A stretch of 64,000 bases of DNA from Candidatus Omnitrophota bacterium (GTDB taxonomy: Bacteria > Omnitrophota > Gorgyraeia > Zapsychrales > Fredricksoniimonadaceae): positions 170,338-234,337 of the forward strand of contig CAWHFJ010000009.1 in assembly GCA_963828495.1 (NCBI GenBank), written 5' to 3'. A program made the translations under genes and the position numbers. Shown here in pieces: positions 27,924-38,816 of this stretch. The stretch's first letter is position 1. The number at the start of each line of letters is the position of its first letter. The notes under the pieces are model-generated. The model made no database searches and was not told the DNA's origin. It saw nothing but the letters and a program-made list of their open reading frames with translations.

Positions 27924-28902
27924 TCACGAATATCCGGCTGGAGGGATCATTGCTTTTCTCATGAATTCACCTATGTCGCGGTATTTCTTGTAACGGGCTT
28001 CCAAAAGTTCCTGTGAGCTTAACGCAGATGTTTTCTTAATAAATTTAATCAGCGCCGTCTTCAGGCGAGCGGCCACGTCCGGGGGGTCCCGATGGGCACC
28101 GCCCAAAGGTTCGGGGATAATTTCATCGACGATGCCGAATTTCTCCAAATGCTCGCCATGCAGCTTCAGGGCGTCTGACGCCTGCGGCGCCTTTAAAGAA
28201 TTGCGCCAGAGGATCGAAGCGCAGCCCTCAGGGGAGATAACGGAATAATACGCATGCTGCAAAATAAAAACACGGTCAGCCACCCCAATGCCCAAAGCCC
28301 CGCCGCTGCCGCCCTCGCCGATGATCACCGCCGCGATAGGGGTCTTGATGGCCGCCATATCGCGTAAATTCTCGGCGATGGCCAAAGCCTGTCCGCGCTC
28401 TTCTGCCTGGATCCCCGGATAAGCCCCGGGTGTATCAATGAGACATATGACCGGTGCGTGAAATTTGGCCGCCAAACGCATCAGGCGCATGGCCTTGCGA
28501 TAGCCTTCAGGATGGGCACAGCCGAAATTACGCAAAAGATTTTCTTTAACGTCCCGTCCTTTTTGATGCCCTAAGATCATCACTTTCTGTCCATCGATCC
28601 TGGCAAAACCGCCGACCATGGCTTTATCGTCGGAAAAAAGCCTGTCCCCGGATAATTCTAAAAATTCATCCGTCATCATACGGATGTAATCCAGCGTAAA
28701 GGGGCGTTTAGGATGCCGGGCAATTTGCACGCGCTGCCAGGACGTCATATTGCTATAAATATCATTTTTAAGTTTTTCGAGTTTGCTTTCCAACCGTTTG
28801 ATTTCAGGCTCGAGAGTAACCGCTTTTCGACCCCATTTGGCGCAGATCATTGATCTTATGTTCAAGTTCGAGAATCGGCTTTTCAAAATCTAGCGTTGCC
28901 AT
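27924..28902 (-). CDS. accA: Acetyl-CoA carboxylase carboxyltransferase alpha subunit, with an apparent 1-nt insertion in an A4 run (28824-28827)
   Basis: True start is [26 protein letters not shown] (ATG 28902) in one frame. The remainder ([27 protein letters not shown]) is in the track ORF frame. Confidence 0.85.
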
Positions 28903-28916
28903 AAATATGTATACCT

Positions 28917-29743
28917 TTAATTCTGGATAACGACCTGGGTCCCCACAGGCAGGATGTCAAAAAGCTCTTCGACATCCTGATTTTTCAAACGCACACAGCC
29001 GGCCGTCACCTGATGGCCGATGGTCTCGGGATGAAGGGTGCCGTGAATGCCGTAATGCGGGTCCGTATCAAACCCCATCCAACGGCTGCCTAATTCATTC
29101 TCCGGACTTTCGGAAGGGATCGGTGCCCCACCGGCTTTAAACCATACCGGTTTTTCTATTTTGGTGGCGATCTTAAAAGTCCCCACCGGTGTGATATTAT
29201 CTTTTCCCGTTGATACATGATAAATTTTAAGCACTTCTTCGCCGGACTTTAAAAAAAGCACATTTTGCGATTTATTGACAAGCACATTAAACGGCGCCGT
29301 CCATATACGCAATTTTTCACCCGTGCGTATCACATCGCTTTTTAGCCCATTGGCGATTTTGATGAGTTGGGTGGTGGTATTGTACTTTTTGGACAGTTTA
29401 CCTAAGGAATCCCCCGGTTTGATTTCATAAAGAACAGTTTGGGGCGGTCTGGGCAGGAGAAAGAATAATAGCGATATTTAGTTCCCCTAACTTCTGCTGG
29501 ATCTCTTCTATTTTTTCATAATCCGGATAGTCGCTGACAATCTTGGCATAGGCTTCTTTGGCCTTAAGCTTATCCCCTTGGGTCTCATAAACAGCGGCTT
29601 CCTGCAAAAGCTGATTAACGGGGACCGATGTCTGCGCTGAATCTTCTGAAGTGGCAGATGCTTTATGATGATGGACCACGACGAGGGTCCACCCCGGCCA
29701 ATACGATGACAACTAAAACTCCGATCAAAATCTTCTGATTCAT
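28917..29743 (-). CDS. Membrane-anchored LysM + YkuD L,D-transpeptidase, split by two apparent homopolymer indels
   Basis: Three frames join. MNQKILIGVLVVIVLAG (ATG 29743) joins ..TLVVVHHH..TPR-like..NIAIILSPAQTAP at the C4 run 29692-29695. That joins QTVLYEIKPGDSLGKLSKKY (LysM) and GIHGT..AGCVRL (YkuD) at the G4 run 29441-29444. Confidence 0.7.
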
Positions 29744-29757
29744 GACTACACACCTCT

Positions 29758-30219
29758 CTAATATAAAACCATCGCACAGATGACGCCAAAAAGAAATCCT
29801 GCCAGTACCTGAACAGGCGTATGCCCCACTAATTCCTTAAGCCGCTTTTCTTCAATCTGGCCTTTCCAATAAATATCATCCATCATTTTATTCAGGATCG
29901 AGGCCTGACTGCCGGTGGCGCGTCTAACCCCCTGGGCATCAAACATAGTCACCATGGCAAAAGTAGCCGCCACGGCAAACAAAGGGCTGTTAAAGCCATA
30001 TTCCAATCCCACAGACGTGGCCAGTGCCGCTGCTCCGGCCGCGTGGCTCGAAGGCATGCCGCCCGTACCGATAAACCATCGGAAATTAAACCGTTTTTCT
30101 TTAAATATCCCCAAAATGACTTTGATGGTTTGGGCTAAAAACCAAACCGTCAAAGTAATCAAAAAAATCCGGTTTTGAAAGATTTCCGGAAAAAACGAAT
30201 GTGGGTATGGACCTAGCAT
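29758..30219 (-). CDS. Divergent PAP2 family membrane protein (DUF212/YuiD-like)
   Basis: 153 aa. GGMPSSHAAGAAALATSVG and FDAQGVRR are typical of the acid-phosphatase/vanadium-haloperoxidase-related family. Confidence 0.65.
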   Translation of the reverse strand: MLGPYPHSFFPEIFQNRIFLITLTVWFLAQTIKVILGIFKEKRFNFRWFIGTGGMPSSHAAGAAALATSVGLEYGFNSPLFAVAATFAMVTMFDAQGVRRATGSQASILNKMMDDIYWKGQIEEKRLKELVGHTPVQVLAGFLFGVICAMVLY

Positions 30220-30362
30220 GAGAAATGTTGACGGATAATCACCTTTATGTTAGCATATCATTATATTCTTGCTCCCCAAAAAAGCAAGAGAAGCTTTCCA
30301 GCTTTCTTCCCCAGAAAGCCGCATTTTGATTATTAACTCCCCCTATCAAGTCTGGATCAAAT

Positions 30363-31883
30363 ATGTTAGCCCGAATCTCTTCGTTTGGTCTTTGCGGCCT
30401 GGAAGCTTATCCTGTTGTCATTGAAACAGATATAAGTCCCGGACTACCCCTTATTACCGTAGTCGGTCTGCCTGATAATGCCGTCAAAGAAAGCCGTGAA
30501 CGCATACGCGCGGCCATCAAAAACAGCGGTTTTGAATTTCCCCCGCAAAGGATTACCATCAATTTAGCCCCGGCAGACACCAAAAAACAAGGGCCCTGTT
30601 ACGATTTAGCTATTGCCTTAAGCGTGTTGGCGGCCCAAGGACAAATACCCACAAACGCGTTGGATCGCTACTCTTTTCTGGGGGAACTTTCTTTAGACGG
30701 ACGGATACAGCCGGTGCAGGGGGCTTTACCCATTGCCATGGCTGCGGCTAACAGCCCCTGTCAAGGCCTTATTGTGCCTTTCGAAAATGCCAAAGAAGCC
30801 GCTTTAGCCGGCTGTTCGGTTTATCCTGCCCGGCATTTAAACGAAGTCGTGGCGTTCCTGACCGACCCCTCGTCACTAAACGCGGTCAAAATAAATGTTG
30901 ATCATCTCTTCAAAGACAGTCGCCGTCGCGGGGATTTTAGCGAAGTCAAAGGCCAGCACTATATTAAACGCGGTCTGGAGGTGGCTGCGGCTGGAGGGCA
31001 TAATGTGCTTCTGATAGGTGCGCCCGGCAGCGGAAAAACCATGCTGGCCAAACGTCTGACGACGATTTTACCGGATATGACACTGGCAGAAGTGTTACAA
31101 ACGACCCAAATCCATTCCGTGGCCGGACGGCTAAAATATGCCCAAGGCATTATTACCTGCCGGCCTTTCCGTGCGCCTCATCACACGGCGTCTGATATCG
31201 CCATTATCGGCGGAGGCAGCGTGCCACGGCCCGGAGAGGTGACTCTGGCGCATAACGGTGTTTTATTTCTGGATGAATTCCTGGAATTCAACCGCCATGT
31301 GCTGGAAGTCTTGCGCCAGCCTTTAGAAGACGGTTTCGTCAGCATCGCCCGGTCCAAAAATTGTTTACGTTTTCCGGCCCGGTTTATGCTCATTGCCGCC
31401 ATGAATCCATGTCCGTGCGGCTGGAGGGATGTCCCGGGAAAAATCTGCCGCTGTTCCGGTCTGCAAGTTGAAAAATACCGGCAAAAAATTTCCGGGCCGC
31501 TGCTTGACCGCATTGACATCCACCTGCACGCGCTACCCTTAAAAAGTAGCGAATTAATCGATGCGCCCGCAGAAGAATGTTCCGCGACCATCAAAGAACG
31601 CGCATCCATGGCACGGCGTGTGCAATGGCAAAGATTTCAAGGCCTTCCCGTCTTGTGCAACGCCCATATGGAGAGCGCGCACCTGCACAATTTCTGTGCT
31701 TTATCACGGGAAGCCAAAGGAGTCCTGATTGCGGCCATGGAAGAATTAAAATTCTCCGCCCGCGCGCACGATAAAATTCTCAAAGTCGCCCGCACCATAA
31801 GCGACCTCGCTGGTAGTGAATCTATTGAAGCGGAACATATTGCCGAAGCGGTGGGTTACAGGTCATTAGATCGGATGGGATGA
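30363..31883 (+). CDS. comM: Mg-chelatase-like AAA+ ATPase YifB/ComM
   Basis: 506 aa. N-terminal Lon-protease-like domain, Walker A GAPGSGKTMLAKRL and C-terminal ChlI-like region. Confidence 0.85.
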   Translation: MLARISSFGLCGLEAYPVVIETDISPGLPLITVVGLPDNAVKESRERIRAAIKNSGFEFPPQRITINLAPADTKKQGPCYDLAIALSVLAAQGQIPTNALDRYSFLGELSLDGRIQPVQGALPIAMAAANSPCQGLIVPFENAKEAALAGCSVYPARHLNEVVAFLTDPSSLNAVKINVDHLFKDSRRRGDFSEVKGQHYIKRGLEVAAAGGHNVLLIGAPGSGKTMLAKRLTTILPDMTLAEVLQTTQIHSVAGRLKYAQGIITCRPFRAPHHTASDIAIIGGGSVPRPGEVTLAHNGVLFLDEFLEFNRHVLEVLRQPLEDGFVSIARSKNCLRFPARFMLIAAMNPCPCGWRDVPGKICRCSGLQVEKYRQKISGPLLDRIDIHLHALPLKSSELIDAPAEECSATIKERASMARRVQWQRFQGLPVLCNAHMESAHLHNFCALSREAKGVLIAAMEELKFSARAHDKILKVARTISDLAGSESIEAEHIAEAVGYRSLDRMG

Positions 31884-31969
31884 TACATATTCATCGCGCA
31901 CCCAGAAACTCTTCTCAAGAATTTATCTTTTAATTTGTTTTTCATTAAATTTATACCATAATAAATTCA

Positions 31970-33148
31970 ATGCGTTCTCTATCAACCTTTTATATCGCGA
32001 CTCTATTGCTGTTCTCCTGCGCTGTTATTGCTCAAGCTGCCGGAGAACGCGATTTAATCATTCAAAAAGAACTGGATTGCGTTGAGCAACGCGCCCATCA
32101 AACCAGTTCGATCGACTGGAATGATGTTTGTGATACATCTGACCAACAAATGCAGGAGGATGCGCAAGAAAATGATTTAAGGGTCAAAAAACAAATGGAT
32201 CAGCTGCAAAAGGATGCGGAAGAATATGATTTAAAATCCCGGAAAGAAATAGCTGCTATGCAGAAAGATACGCCGCCGCAGAGCCCTTTCGATGAATCTC
32301 GTGTAACCGGCCACACATTTGATATTGCTCCTGAAGTTTCCTATATCAAATATGTTGAAACGAACAATAACACCACTTTTATGAAAGACACCGGGGTCAT
32401 GTATGGCCTTAATGCCAGTTACACAACACATATTGAAGGCACTGACAATATATATACAAAGCTTATTAGCTTGGGCCGTCTTGAGGGCCTGTTTAGTTAC
32501 GGCAAAATGACTTACTATGGCGCTGAAACGGTGACTACTGTTAATCCCGACGGGTCAATAACGCGTGCTACCCTACCCGAAACTCATAAAAATATTGATG
32601 ATTATCTTTTGGAATTAAGGGGCCTTATCGGAAAAGATTTTTATTTTAATGATCAATGGGCGCGTTTGACTCCCTATACAGGGTTTGGATACCGCTCTTT
32701 ATTTGACTCTGCCGAAGAGCTTGGATCAGGTGGTTACAATCGCTGGATCTCTTATGCGTATATTCCGACCGGTTTAGAAGGGATGCTGCAATTAAATGGT
32801 GGCTGGGCCATTGGCGCTGACGCTGAATATGATATTTTTGTTTATGGTTTTGTGAAGAATTATGATTACCCTTTCGTAACGCCTGACGGCAGTTTTGTAA
32901 AGTATGATGTGTATGCCTCACAAAATCGCGGTTTTGGTTTGAGAGGTTCTCTAAAGCTTGTGAAAAAATGTTCTCGTTTTAATTTTATGGTAGAGCCCTA
33001 TGTCCGTTATTGGCACATTCAAAACTCCAATGGCGGGAAGACAAATGAAATAGAATACAACGGACAAGAAGGGCAATGGGTCAATGTAGGTATAGAGCCC
33101 AATAACACATCCCTGGAAATGGGCGGAAAATTAAGCGTCCAATTCTAA
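31970..33148 (+). CDS. Putative outer-membrane beta-barrel protein
   Basis: Signal peptide, a charged repeat region (QMQEDAQENDLRVKKQMDQLQKDAEEYDLK), alternating beta-strand-like segments and a C-terminal ..KLSVQF ending in Phe. Confidence 0.5.
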   Translation: MRSLSTFYIATLLLFSCAVIAQAAGERDLIIQKELDCVEQRAHQTSSIDWNDVCDTSDQQMQEDAQENDLRVKKQMDQLQKDAEEYDLKSRKEIAAMQKDTPPQSPFDESRVTGHTFDIAPEVSYIKYVETNNNTTFMKDTGVMYGLNASYTTHIEGTDNIYTKLISLGRLEGLFSYGKMTYYGAETVTTVNPDGSITRATLPETHKNIDDYLLELRGLIGKDFYFNDQWARLTPYTGFGYRSLFDSAEELGSGGYNRWISYAYIPTGLEGMLQLNGGWAIGADAEYDIFVYGFVKNYDYPFVTPDGSFVKYDVYASQNRGFGLRGSLKLVKKCSRFNFMVEPYVRYWHIQNSNGGKTNEIEYNGQEGQWVNVGIEPNNTSLEMGGKLSVQF

Positions 33149-33344
33149 TCAACTTGCCTAATCCCCTGCTATTAGACCCTCTCCCCACCTCGTTTGTGTC
33201 AGCTTTCTTGGCCCACCGGAACATTAACACTTTTTTATTTCTATTTTCTCTACATTATTGTATATAATATGTTGACCTTGGTAAATCTCCCATTCAAATT
33301 GTTCACGGGCCCAAAAATAAAATTTTAAAAAGGGTACGATCTTT

Positions 33345-35243
33345 ATGTGTGGAATATGCGGGTATCGTTCAGCGTATCCTGTGCCATTGGAAAAGATGAG
33401 TTTTGTTTTGGCCCATCGCGGTCCGGATGACGCCGGTGTTTACCGGTCACGCGATGTTGCCCTTGCGCACAGGCGGCTGTCAATTATTGATCTTAAAGAC
33501 GGGCATCAACCGATGTTAAGTGCTGATGGGCAAATTGTTCTTATTTTTAATGGTGAAATTTACAATTTCTTAGAACTTAAAAAAGTCCTTCAGGCACAGG
33601 GGCATGTCTTTAAAACCTCATCGGACACAGAAGTATTATTGTGTATGTATGAACATTACGGGACGGATTGTCTGGCACATTTGAACGGAGAATTTGCGTT
33701 TGTTTTATACGATCGGCGTAAGGATATTCTTTTTGGCGCGCGTGACAGGCTTGGTATTAAGCCTTTATATTATACTCAAAATGACAAGGGGTTTTTCTTT
33801 GCTTCAGAGATCAAGGCGTTATTTGAATCAACGCATGTTCATCGACGGGTGAATCCGGTTGCGGTTGATCTTTATTTGACTTTCCGGTATGTCCCTGGCA
33901 GGGACACGATCTACAAAGATATTTATAAGATACTTCCCGGTCATGCCTTTGTTCAGTCCGGTAATAATGTCCCAAGATTTTGGCAGTATTGGGACCTACC
34001 TGACCATGAAGAGGCAATGACCTTTGATGAAGCCTATCAACGATTTGACGAATTATTGACGGATTCTGTGAGATATCGCCTCATCAGTGATGTGCCCTTG
34101 GGGGTCTATTTGTCCGGTGGCATTGACTCAACGAGTCTGGTGGCGGTGATGTCTAGTTTAAAGCATACCCCGATCCGTTCGTATACGGTAGGATTTGACA
34201 TGGCGCTAGATGAATCAGCTCAGGCCCAAGAAACTGCCAAGCGTTTCTCCGCCGAACATCTTGCTGTGACAGTCACTCCGGAGTCTATGGATCTTTTGCC
34301 CGAGATCATCTGGCATATGGATGAACCATTCGGTGATGCAATCCTTGTTCCAAGTTTCTGTTTGAGTCGGGAAGCAGCCCGTCATGTAAAAGCCGTCCTT
34401 ACCGGTGAAGGCGCGGATGAAGGACAACTAGGTTATGTGCATCATGAAGCGCTCGAAAAAGGATTTTCTCTCACACGGAAAGTTTCTAGCAGACTACTGC
34501 AGGCGTTAGGCCTTGTCCTCCCGAAGGTACCTGTGGCATTTTTAGACCAATTTTTTAACTACCCGCTTTCTATGGGAATGGCCGGTCGAGAGCGTCTCGC
34601 GCAATTAGTGAGCCTGCTGCCCCATCCGGGCCAAGCCTACCAGCATTTTTGTTCGCTGTTCACTGAGGAGGAACGGGCACGTTTGTATGGCCCGGATCTT
34701 AAACATTGCCTAAAAGAGGCCAAAGCAGCGTATCATGATCCATTGGTCAGTCGGCTGGACGCCGCAAAGGACCCCTTGCGCGACATCTATATCCACGACA
34801 TCAAGCATTGGCTGCCGGATAATATTTTAAATAAGCAAGACCGGATGACAATGGCCCATTCGCTTGAAGGTCGTGTTCCCTATTTGGATCATCGTTTAAT
34901 CGAGTTTGAGACCAAACTGCCCCGCGCATTAAAATTAAAGAACAGCCGGGGTAAATATCTGCTCAGGTGTTATTATGAGCGAAAGATTGCGATCCGTAAT
35001 CAGGTTGGCAAAAAAAAGAAAGCGTTCATCATGCCCATGCAAGGGGTGTATCATGCTAAATACCTAACCTTGGTAGATCGGTATTTGAATGATGCGATCA
35101 TTGACACAGGTCTGTGGAATAAGCAAGAGATCCGGTCGATTATTCAGAATGCAGACCGCTCGCCACTGTTGGGCCACAAAAAAGTGATCGCTTTGGTAAT
35201 GCTGCAGATATGGCAAGACGTGTTTAAACCGGAATGGAAATAA
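33345..35243 (+). CDS. Asparagine synthase (glutamine-hydrolysing)-family amidotransferase
   Basis: N-terminal MCGI (Cys2 nucleophile), PP-loop YLSGGIDSTS, 632 aa. Confidence 0.85.
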   Translation: MCGICGYRSAYPVPLEKMSFVLAHRGPDDAGVYRSRDVALAHRRLSIIDLKDGHQPMLSADGQIVLIFNGEIYNFLELKKVLQAQGHVFKTSSDTEVLLCMYEHYGTDCLAHLNGEFAFVLYDRRKDILFGARDRLGIKPLYYTQNDKGFFFASEIKALFESTHVHRRVNPVAVDLYLTFRYVPGRDTIYKDIYKILPGHAFVQSGNNVPRFWQYWDLPDHEEAMTFDEAYQRFDELLTDSVRYRLISDVPLGVYLSGGIDSTSLVAVMSSLKHTPIRSYTVGFDMALDESAQAQETAKRFSAEHLAVTVTPESMDLLPEIIWHMDEPFGDAILVPSFCLSREAARHVKAVLTGEGADEGQLGYVHHEALEKGFSLTRKVSSRLLQALGLVLPKVPVAFLDQFFNYPLSMGMAGRERLAQLVSLLPHPGQAYQHFCSLFTEEERARLYGPDLKHCLKEAKAAYHDPLVSRLDAAKDPLRDIYIHDIKHWLPDNILNKQDRMTMAHSLEGRVPYLDHRLIEFETKLPRALKLKNSRGKYLLRCYYERKIAIRNQVGKKKKAFIMPMQGVYHAKYLTLVDRYLNDAIIDTGLWNKQEIRSIIQNADRSPLLGHKKVIALVMLQIWQDVFKPEWK

Positions 35244-35249
35244 ACATTT

Positions 35250-36200
35250 ATGGATGAGTTCAAAAGAATCGTGCTTTATATGGCCCCGCGTATCTTAGGA
35301 TTAATGGACAGGATCCCGGGGTCATCGACTTTTGGGTGTTGTGACCGGTATTATTGGCAGTATAAGCTTCATGATGTCAGCAACGCCCGGCTCCAGGAAG
35401 CCTGCCTGTTTTTGGCGCTTCTTTACAAACATGATTTTGAAGGGAATATGTATTACGGCAATCCCGTTGTGAAACAGTGGGCGCTGGCATCAGTAAAATT
35501 CTGGGAGAAACTTGTTTCTAGCCATGGGGGAGTTGCGGAAGTGTACCCTTTTGAGCGCAGTTATTGCGCCACATCGTTCTCAACATTCGCGGCCTTGGAG
35601 ACCTTGATCCATTTATCCCAGACCGATCAGGGGAACAACTTTCAGCAAAAGATAACAAAAATTGGTTATTGGCTTATGGCGCACCCCAATACGGGCGTAA
35701 CAAATCAAATGGCTAGCGCGGCCTTAGCGCTGCATACTATCGCACAGTGTACTCAAAAGGATGTTTTTCGTGCGGCCTCAGATGAGCTCATCGACAAAAT
35801 CATCAGCCGCTACAAAGAAGATGGCTGTTTTGTTGAATACGGCGGTTTTGATACAGGTTATACCAGCATCACCAATAGCCTTCTGGGGTGGCATGGTGAG
35901 CATGTGCATTATCGCCCGGGTTTGAGAGAGTGCATGCTCCACAGCCAGGCGCGGATTGATAGCCAAACAGGGCCTGAAGGCGATTATCCGTTTGCTGATA
36001 AAAGCCGCAGGACCCAGTTCCTTTATCCTTACGGTTTTTTTGTTATGCAAAGCCCCGTGTTCGGAAAAATACTAAAAGGGGTGGCGGCCAACGCTATCAT
36101 CACACCGTTATGGATGGATGACCGTTACTGCATTCCCTTGTCGACGGACTATCTGATGACCCTTGATGCTGCCGCGCCGACAAAGGAGGCGAAGACATGA
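35250..36200 (+). CDS. Hypothetical protein (316 aa), function unknown
   Basis: Tightly linked to the amidotransferase (6-nt gap). Helix-rich with recurring aromatic/Gly motifs. No family recognised by eye. Confidence 0.5.
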   Translation: MDEFKRIVLYMAPRILGLMDRIPGSSTFGCCDRYYWQYKLHDVSNARLQEACLFLALLYKHDFEGNMYYGNPVVKQWALASVKFWEKLVSSHGGVAEVYPFERSYCATSFSTFAALETLIHLSQTDQGNNFQQKITKIGYWLMAHPNTGVTNQMASAALALHTIAQCTQKDVFRAASDELIDKIISRYKEDGCFVEYGGFDTGYTSITNSLLGWHGEHVHYRPGLRECMLHSQARIDSQTGPEGDYPFADKSRRTQFLYPYGFFVMQSPVFGKILKGVAANAIITPLWMDDRYCIPLSTDYLMTLDAAAPTKEAKT

Positions 36201-36410
36201 CATCTTGGCAGTGGATCTTTTTAAGGCTATATATGATAACGCTGGGACGTATGGCGTTGTTTGCTGAATTATTGAGAAAATTTCTGGTTTTTCGGTTGAT
36301 CCATGCAAAAAAGGCCTCTGCCTATCATGCCGCCTCAAGATTTTTTTGTATAAAAGATCTCCTGGCGATCGCGGAAAAAGAACAAACGACAAAAGAAGGA
36401 AAGTGACGGC

Positions 36411-37226
36411 GTGGACAAGACAATTGACGACGTTCGGTTATTTTGGGATGCTAATCCCCTTTTGACAGGCGAACTGGATGCTGACGCGGGTAGCGAACAG
36501 TGGTTTAGATGTTTTGATAATATAAAAACCCATGAAGCCTATGCAGGCAATTTGTTCGAATGGATCCCTTCTGCTATTGAGGGCAAACGCATTTTGGATG
36601 TCGGATGCGGGCCGGGATACTGGAACCGTATTTTGGGGAAGATGAATGTGGAATATCATGGTATTGATATCTCCCCGAGGACGATAGAAATGGCAAAAAA
36701 ATCAAAAGAACTGTTCGGTTTGCAAGGCCTATTGAATGTCGGCAATGCCGAACATCTCGATTTCCCTGACGAATACTTTGACTTCGTCATCTCTGAAGGC
36801 GTAATTCACCATACGCCCAACACGCAGGGATGTGTCAATGAAATTTACCGTGTTTTAAAAAAGAATGGTGAAGCGCGCGTAGGCCTTTACTACAAAAATG
36901 TGTTACTGCGTTCACGCGTCATGTTCACATTGGCGCTTGCCCTCATGCGAGTCTTGAATGTTTCCCTCAAAGGCAGAGGAAGGAACACGATGAGTAGCGT
37001 ATCAACTCCCGAAGAACTTGTGAGGATGTATGACGGAAAGGATAACCCTATCGGAAAAGCCTACACAAAGGGTGAGTTGACTCAAATGTTCAGCAAGTTT
37101 GGCCAGATTAAATTTTCGCGGTATTACTTTCCAACTAGGGCCCTGAGAATGCGTTTGCCGCGGTACGTGCAACATTGGTTTAACTCAATGCTTGGGCTCA
37201 TGGTGTTAGTCAAAGTGAAAAAATGA
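36411..37226 (+). CDS. Class I SAM-dependent methyltransferase
   Basis: GTG start. Motif I ILDVGCGPGYW. Post-I and motif II-like FDFVISEGVIHH. Confidence 0.75.
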   Translation: MDKTIDDVRLFWDANPLLTGELDADAGSEQWFRCFDNIKTHEAYAGNLFEWIPSAIEGKRILDVGCGPGYWNRILGKMNVEYHGIDISPRTIEMAKKSKELFGLQGLLNVGNAEHLDFPDEYFDFVISEGVIHHTPNTQGCVNEIYRVLKKNGEARVGLYYKNVLLRSRVMFTLALALMRVLNVSLKGRGRNTMSSVSTPEELVRMYDGKDNPIGKAYTKGELTQMFSKFGQIKFSRYYFPTRALRMRLPRYVQHWFNSMLGLMVLVKVKK

Positions 37227-37978
37227 TGCGCAGAAGCATAGATATGGATTCACCGCAGGCATTAGAGAAAGAGCGTCTTCTCCTTTCCAAAAAGGTCCTT
37301 TTAAGAAAACTTTATAAAGATTTTTATCAGGAAATGTTTGTGCGCCTTTCTTCTTCTGCTAAAAGCGTGGTTGTTGAGATCGGGAGCGGAGGAGGCATTA
37401 TTAAAGAAGTTATCCCTTTTGCCATCACTTCTGATGTAAGAAGCGGTGAGGGCATTGACATGGTTTTTAATGCGGGTGAAATGCCTTTCCCTAACGAAAG
37501 TATAGATGCCCTGCTGATGATTAATGTTTTCCATCATTTGCAGAATGTAGAGGGATGTTTAAAATCTTTTAATAGAGTTTTGCGCCCGGGAGGGAAGATT
37601 ATTATGGTTGAACCGACCAACACCCCTTGGCGCCGATGGACTGACCGAAGGTTTCATCATGAAATCTTCGACCCCCTCGCCTCTTGGGATATTGGTCCAG
37701 GAGGACCGCTGTCAGCAGCCAACGGGGCTTTACCATGGATTGTTTTTATTAGGGATCGTAAGCTCTTTGAGGAGAAATTTCCGCCATTACGCGTCAGTTA
37801 TATTAGAGAACATACCCCCTTTCGGTATTTTATCAGTGGCGGGTTTTCCTACCCACAACTGTTACCTAGCTTCACCTATGAGTTTGTAAAAAAAATGGAA
37901 AATGCCTTGAATCCATTTATGCAATGGATAGGTATTTTTCAAACGATAGAAATCGAAAAAATTAAGGCAAATACATGA
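37223..37978 (+). CDS. Class I SAM-dependent methyltransferase (type 11-like)
   Basis: Motif I VVEIGSGGG and LRPGGKIIMVEP. ATGA overlaps at both ends. Confidence 0.7.
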   Translation: MMRRSIDMDSPQALEKERLLLSKKVLLRKLYKDFYQEMFVRLSSSAKSVVVEIGSGGGIIKEVIPFAITSDVRSGEGIDMVFNAGEMPFPNESIDALLMINVFHHLQNVEGCLKSFNRVLRPGGKIIMVEPTNTPWRRWTDRRFHHEIFDPLASWDIGPGGPLSAANGALPWIVFIRDRKLFEEKFPPLRVSYIREHTPFRYFISGGFSYPQLLPSFTYEFVKKMENALNPFMQWIGIFQTIEIEKIKANT

Positions 37979-38805
37979 CGTGGCAAAAGCTGGTTTCTTT
38001 GTTGCAGTGTGTGGGGTGTGGGCATGACACTTTAATGTTGCATCCTCCGGGTGGGTTGTCATGTTCAAATTGTGGTCAGCAATACCCCATCGACAATGAC
38101 ATCCCTGATCTTAGATCAAAAGAGCCCCTACGTAGTCCCAAATTGTTTGATGATCCGGATTATCTGCAATGGCTAGAGCTTCTCGCATCCGCACAAGATT
38201 ATTTTTATGAGTCAAAAGGGATAGTCTCTTTCGTTCAGAATGCGGGGCATAAGGCTATAGCGAAACTTATGGGGGAAAAAATAAATCCGATTGTTGTTGA
38301 TCTGGGCTGTGGTGACGGGGCGCATTATCCGTACATCAAGCATCCCGAGGGCTATGTGGGGGTTGATATTGATCAGGCTTCTCTAAAGAAATTCAAGCAT
38401 AAGCAACCGGATTGCTGTGTGTTGCGCGCAGATGGGTATGATCTTCCGTTCAAAGACGCAAGCATCGATTGTCTAATGAACATTTATAATCTTGAGCATA
38501 TGATTTATCTTGATCTTGCTTTGGAAGAAATGACCAGGATTTTAAAGCCGCAGGGAGAAATATATATAAGCGTTCCCAATGAAGGAGGATTGTTGTGGCA
38601 ATTAGGGAGGTCTTTAACAAGTGTCAAACATTTCAAGAATATTAATTACCCCAGGATCGTTTCTATAGAACATATTAATTGTATATGGCAATTGGAAAAG
38701 GCCTTTAAACGCCATTTAAAAATCAAGTATCGGGAGTGTTTCCCATTTGGCCTTCCCGGATTCCATGCTAACCTAATAACGACGTATTATTGTGTCAAAG
38801 GTTAG
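37975..38805 (+). CDS. SAM-dependent methyltransferase with an N-terminal Trm112-like zinc ribbon
   Basis: LQCVGCGHD..LSCSNCGQQYPIDNDIPDL (4 Cys), motif I VVDLGCGDG and LKPQGEIYISVPN. Confidence 0.7.
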   Translation: MTWQKLVSLLQCVGCGHDTLMLHPPGGLSCSNCGQQYPIDNDIPDLRSKEPLRSPKLFDDPDYLQWLELLASAQDYFYESKGIVSFVQNAGHKAIAKLMGEKINPIVVDLGCGDGAHYPYIKHPEGYVGVDIDQASLKKFKHKQPDCCVLRADGYDLPFKDASIDCLMNIYNLEHMIYLDLALEEMTRILKPQGEIYISVPNEGGLLWQLGRSLTSVKHFKNINYPRIVSIEHINCIWQLEKAFKRHLKIKYRECFPFGLPGFHANLITTYYCVKG

Positions 38806-38816
38806 GAAAGAAGATC

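Noticed and set aside
36197-36406. 69-codon ORF filling the 210-bp gap between the 316-aa gene and the first methyltransferase.
   Set aside because: It has an ATGA overlap with the upstream stop and a hydrophobic N-terminus, so it could be real. It has no motif and no clear SD, and I have no second copy for comparison. I left it uncalled.
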